DNA of 32,000 nucleotides, taken from assembly GCA_963675515.1 (NCBI GenBank), contig OY776328.1:510001-542000 (forward strand). Reading direction: 5' to 3'. Numbering within the stretch: position 1 is the stretch's first letter; each line of letters opens with the position of its first letter. The translations under genes and the position numbers were made by a program. This document shows positions 29,316 through 32,000 of this stretch, in pieces. Origin of the DNA: Coprobacillaceae bacterium (GTDB taxonomy: Bacteria > Bacillota_I > Bacilli_A > Erysipelotrichales > Coprobacillaceae). The notes under the pieces were generated by a model. The model was not told the DNA's origin. It saw only the letters and a list, made by a program, of their open reading frames with translations, and ran no database searches.

Positions 29316-29353
29316 AATACTATGAAATATTTGAAATACATTTTGGTTCACTA

Positions 29354-29382
29354 TTGAAATTGATTTCGCTAAGTGTTATCAT
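29354..29382 (+). promoter_or_regulatory. Promoter of EIIC-sulfatase
   Basis: TTGAAA (29354-29359), 17 nt, TGt-TATCAT (hexamer at 29377-29382). Confidence 0.55.
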
Positions 29383-29426
29383 ACTTGTGTGGAGCGCTTA
29401 CACCAAATAAAAATAGGAGAGAAATC

Positions 29427-30752
29427 ATGAAATCATTGTCAAACTTTCTTGAAAAGTATTTAGTCCCCCTGGCAGTAAAATTATCAAATAACATCTACCT
29501 GGGTTCGGTTTCGCTGGGCTTCAGTTATCTGTTGCCGGTCATCATGGTCGGGGCCTTGTTCACATTGTTCACTTCATTCAACTTCGCCATCTACCAGGAT
29601 TTCATCACAAGCATCGGGTTGAAGACAATCCTGTCATTCGCATCGACCTACACTACCAACATGCTTGCGGTTTATGCGGTTTTCCTTATCGCCAAGGCGT
29701 ACGGGGAAAAGATCGGTCGTGAAAAGGAATCGATCATTGTCGGTGTCCTGGCGCTGGTTGCCTTCTTGATCCTGATACCAACCGGAGCCCATCCTTTGGA
29801 ATCGGGATCGACAATCGCTTACCTGCCGGTAAAATTCCTTGGTGCCCCGGGGCTGTTCTCGGCGATCATCGTGGCGCTGGTTACCGCTTTGATTTACTTT
29901 TTCTTCATCAAAAACAATATCGTAATCAAGCTTCCTGATTCGGTGCCTCCGACTATCGGGAAAAGTTTCTCGGCAATTCTTCCGGGGATGGCGATTGTCT
30001 TCATCTTCGGTCTTGTCCGTCACCTGTTCACAATGACGAGTTACGATGATTTCAATACGGCCATTTATACGATTGTCCAAAAACCACTGGTAAGCCTTGG
30101 AGCCAGCCCGATCACCTACATCCTGCTTATCGTTGTCTGCTCGCTGCTGTGGTTCGTGGGAATCCATGGGGGAATGATTGTAATGCCGATCCTAAGCATG
30201 CTTTACATGCCGGCATTGCTTGAAAACCTGGCTGCATTTGAAGCCGGGACTCAGCTGCCAAATATCATCACCTATTCGACCTGGTCGCTTATTGCTTCAT
30301 TGGGTGGGGCCGGAGGAACATTGGGGCTTTGCATCCTGATGCTGTTCCTGTCGAAATCGGTCCGCTACAAGACACTGGGCAAACTGGCAATCGGTCCGGG
30401 CATCTGTGGCATCAATGAGCCGATCACCTTCGGTTATCCGATGATGCTCAATACTGTCATGCTTATCCCGATGGTGGTCACTCCGGTGGTCACATTCCTG
30501 ATCAGCTATTTTGCGATGTCGGCCGGTATCGTCCCAAGTCCAAACGGGGTGACTGTCGCCTTGGGAACACCGGTAATCTTCTCGGGACTGATGGCCATCG
30601 GCTGGCAGGGAGCAGTGCTGCAGGTGTTCCTTATTGTGATCCAGATGGCGTTCTACTTCCCTTTCTTCAGACTCTCAGACAAGATGGCGTATGATGAGGA
30701 ACAGGCCAACGAACAAGTCAAATCAATGGAAGAAAAAGCGGTAAACGCATAA
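29427..30752 (+). CDS. PTS system EIIC component, lactose/cellobiose (Lac/CelB) family
   Basis: MKSLSNFLEKYLVPLAVKLSNNIYLGSV... and the WFVGIHGG motif, polytopic. ATG at 29427 follows ATAGGAGAG. The track GTG at 29373 falls inside the promoter. No EIIA or EIIB gene is in the window. Confidence 0.88.
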   Translation: MKSLSNFLEKYLVPLAVKLSNNIYLGSVSLGFSYLLPVIMVGALFTLFTSFNFAIYQDFITSIGLKTILSFASTYTTNMLAVYAVFLIAKAYGEKIGREKESIIVGVLALVAFLILIPTGAHPLESGSTIAYLPVKFLGAPGLFSAIIVALVTALIYFFFIKNNIVIKLPDSVPPTIGKSFSAILPGMAIVFIFGLVRHLFTMTSYDDFNTAIYTIVQKPLVSLGASPITYILLIVVCSLLWFVGIHGGMIVMPILSMLYMPALLENLAAFEAGTQLPNIITYSTWSLIASLGGAGGTLGLCILMLFLSKSVRYKTLGKLAIGPGICGINEPITFGYPMMLNTVMLIPMVVTPVVTFLISYFAMSAGIVPSPNGVTVALGTPVIFSGLMAIGWQGAVLQVFLIVIQMAFYFPFFRLSDKMAYDEEQANEQVKSMEEKAVNA

Positions 30753-30757
30753 TTATC

Positions 30758-30790
30758 CATGGAAGAGTGGGATGTTTCCATTCTTCCATG
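30758..30790 (+). other. Intercistronic stem-loop between EIIC and the sulfatase
   Basis: CATGGAAGA (30758-30766), 15-nt loop, TCTTCCATG (30782-30790). No T-run follows. Confidence 0.4.
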
Positions 30791-30815
30791 TCAACTTAGA
30801 AGTTAGGAGAACTTT

Positions 30816-32000
30816 ATGAAACCGAATATTGTCTATTTTGTCGCCGACCAGATGAGATGTGATTCCCTGGCCCATATGGGCAACGAGGCAAGCATCACCC
30901 CGAATCTCGATGGCCTGGCAGGGGAGGGCGTTTCGTTTAGAAATGCCTACTGCCAGAATACAGTCTGCGTGCCCTCGCGGTGCAGCTTTTTGACCGGCCT
31001 CTATCCCCATACAACCGGTCATCGGACCATGCACTTCCTGCAAAATCCCGATGAACCCAATTTCCTAAGGACAATGAAACAAAGCGGCTACGAGGTGATC
31101 TGGATCGGACGCAACGATATCATCCCGGCGGACCGGTCCAAGGTAGATTATTGCGATGTCTATTTCGACGGTCTGGAAAAGATCGACAAGAAAGACATGG
31201 TCAAGAGTCGTGGCATGAGACACCATGAACCTAAGGAAGTGGATTTCACCGCACCGGGTTATTACGCCCATTACATCGGCAAGATAAGTGAATTGCAGGC
31301 CCGCAACGGCTCAGGCATGATGAATGACTGGGTTGCCCTGGAGAGTGCGATGGAATATCTCGAGCAAAGAAAAAGCGACAAGCCTTTTTTCCTCTATCTG
31401 ACATTGACCTACCCTCATCCGCCTTATGCCTGCGAAGATCCGTGGTTCTCGATGATCGACCGGACCTTGGTGAAAAAGCGGAGGCCTGGTGCGATGACAT
31501 TGAAAGACAAACCATCAATGCTCCAGGAAATCGCCAGAAAACAGAACCTTGCCAACTGGGGCGAGGCCAACTTCACCGAGATGCGGGCGACTTACCTGGC
31601 GATGGTGGCCCGGTTCGACCACCAGTTTGGAATGCTTAAGGAAAAACTGAAGGAACTGGACATCTATGACAATACAAGCATCTTTGTCTTTAGTGACCAT
31701 GGCGATTACACGGGCGATTACGACATTGCCGAAAAAGTCCAGAACTGCTTCGACAACCCGGTATGCAACATTCCCCTGATTGTAAAACCGGCCAAACAGT
31801 TCGCGGTGAATCCGAGGATTTCCGAGGCTCTGGTTGAGCTCGTCGACCTGAGTGCGACGGTTGCTTCGATGTGCGATGTGGAAATCGAGTATGTCCAATT
31901 CGGAAAATCATTGTTGCCGGTATTGGAAAAGGAACAGGAACACAAGGATGCGGTTTTTTGCGAAGGAGGCCGGATCCATGGCGAAACCTGGGCCATGGAA
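30816..32000 (+). CDS. Cys-type sulfatase (formylglycine-dependent), 3' end outside window; not in the supplied ORF track
   Basis: I translated it by hand. ATG at 30816 follows TTAGGAGAAC, and 395 codons run without a stop to nt 32000. Motifs seen: MKPNIVYFVADQMRCDSL, the signature C-V-P-S-R at 30966-30980 followed by CSFLTGLYPHTTGH, then FLYLTLTYPHPPY and FVFSDHGDY. No signal peptide. Confidence 0.9.
   Translation, partial: MKPNIVYFVADQMRCDSLAHMGNEASITPNLDGLAGEGVSFRNAYCQNTVCVPSRCSFLTGLYPHTTGHRTMHFLQNPDEPNFLRTMKQSGYEVIWIGRNDIIPADRSKVDYCDVYFDGLEKIDKKDMVKSRGMRHHEPKEVDFTAPGYYAHYIGKISELQARNGSGMMNDWVALESAMEYLEQRKSDKPFFLYLTLTYPHPPYACEDPWFSMIDRTLVKKRRPGAMTLKDKPSMLQEIARKQNLANWGEANFTEMRATYLAMVARFDHQFGMLKEKLKELDIYDNTSIFVFSDHGDYTGDYDIAEKVQNCFDNPVCNIPLIVKPAKQFAVNPRISEALVELVDLSATVASMCDVEIEYVQFGKSLLPVLEKEQEHKDAVFCEGGRIHGETWAME

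Overview
This is a chromosomal, mostly housekeeping window from a Bacillota/Mollicutes-related bacterium. The 16S signature looks Erysipelotrichia-like, which is tentative. The genetic code is standard, since TGA ends feoA, feoB and speE. In order, the window contains: (1) the 3' part of a sensor histidine kinase; (2) feoAB; (3) a convergent ABC substrate-binding lipoprotein plus permease pair with no ATPase gene; (4) a complete rrs-rrl-rrf operon with tandem promoters, boxA-like and processing stems, no spacer tRNA and a short 5S; (5) a marR-MATE operon divergent from an aldo/keto reductase; (6) lrgAB followed directly by class 3 fructose-1,6-bisphosphatase; (7) a MarR-type regulator followed by lon; (8) a five-gene polyamine operon (E. 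coli-type speD, SpeA-like AAT-fold decarboxylase, speE, carboxy(nor)spermidine dehydrogenase, carboxy(nor)spermidine decarboxylase) followed by a Nudix hydrolase; (9) split transketolase; (10) a sulfatase locus, with rpiR-anSME divergent from a PTS Lac/Cel-family EIIC and a Cys-type sulfatase. The sulfatase ORF (30816 to the window end) is missing from the supplied ORF track because it has no stop codon inside the window. I found no CRISPR array, no transposase, integrase or phage genes, and no recognisable defence system. The observations most worth follow-up are these four. First, the apparently cytoplasmic sulfatase is coupled to a PTS permease and a phosphosugar-type regulator. Second, the polyamine operon combines the aminopropyl (SpeD/SpeE) and carboxyaminopropyl (CANSDH/CANSDC) routes. 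Third, a 12-nt motif plus GTTAG/CTAAC inverted repeat is shared by the MarR-type regulator promoter and the lon leader. Fourth, the long speD leader carries two promoter-like elements and two terminator-like hairpins. All functional calls come from reading the translations and motifs by eye. No database search was run.
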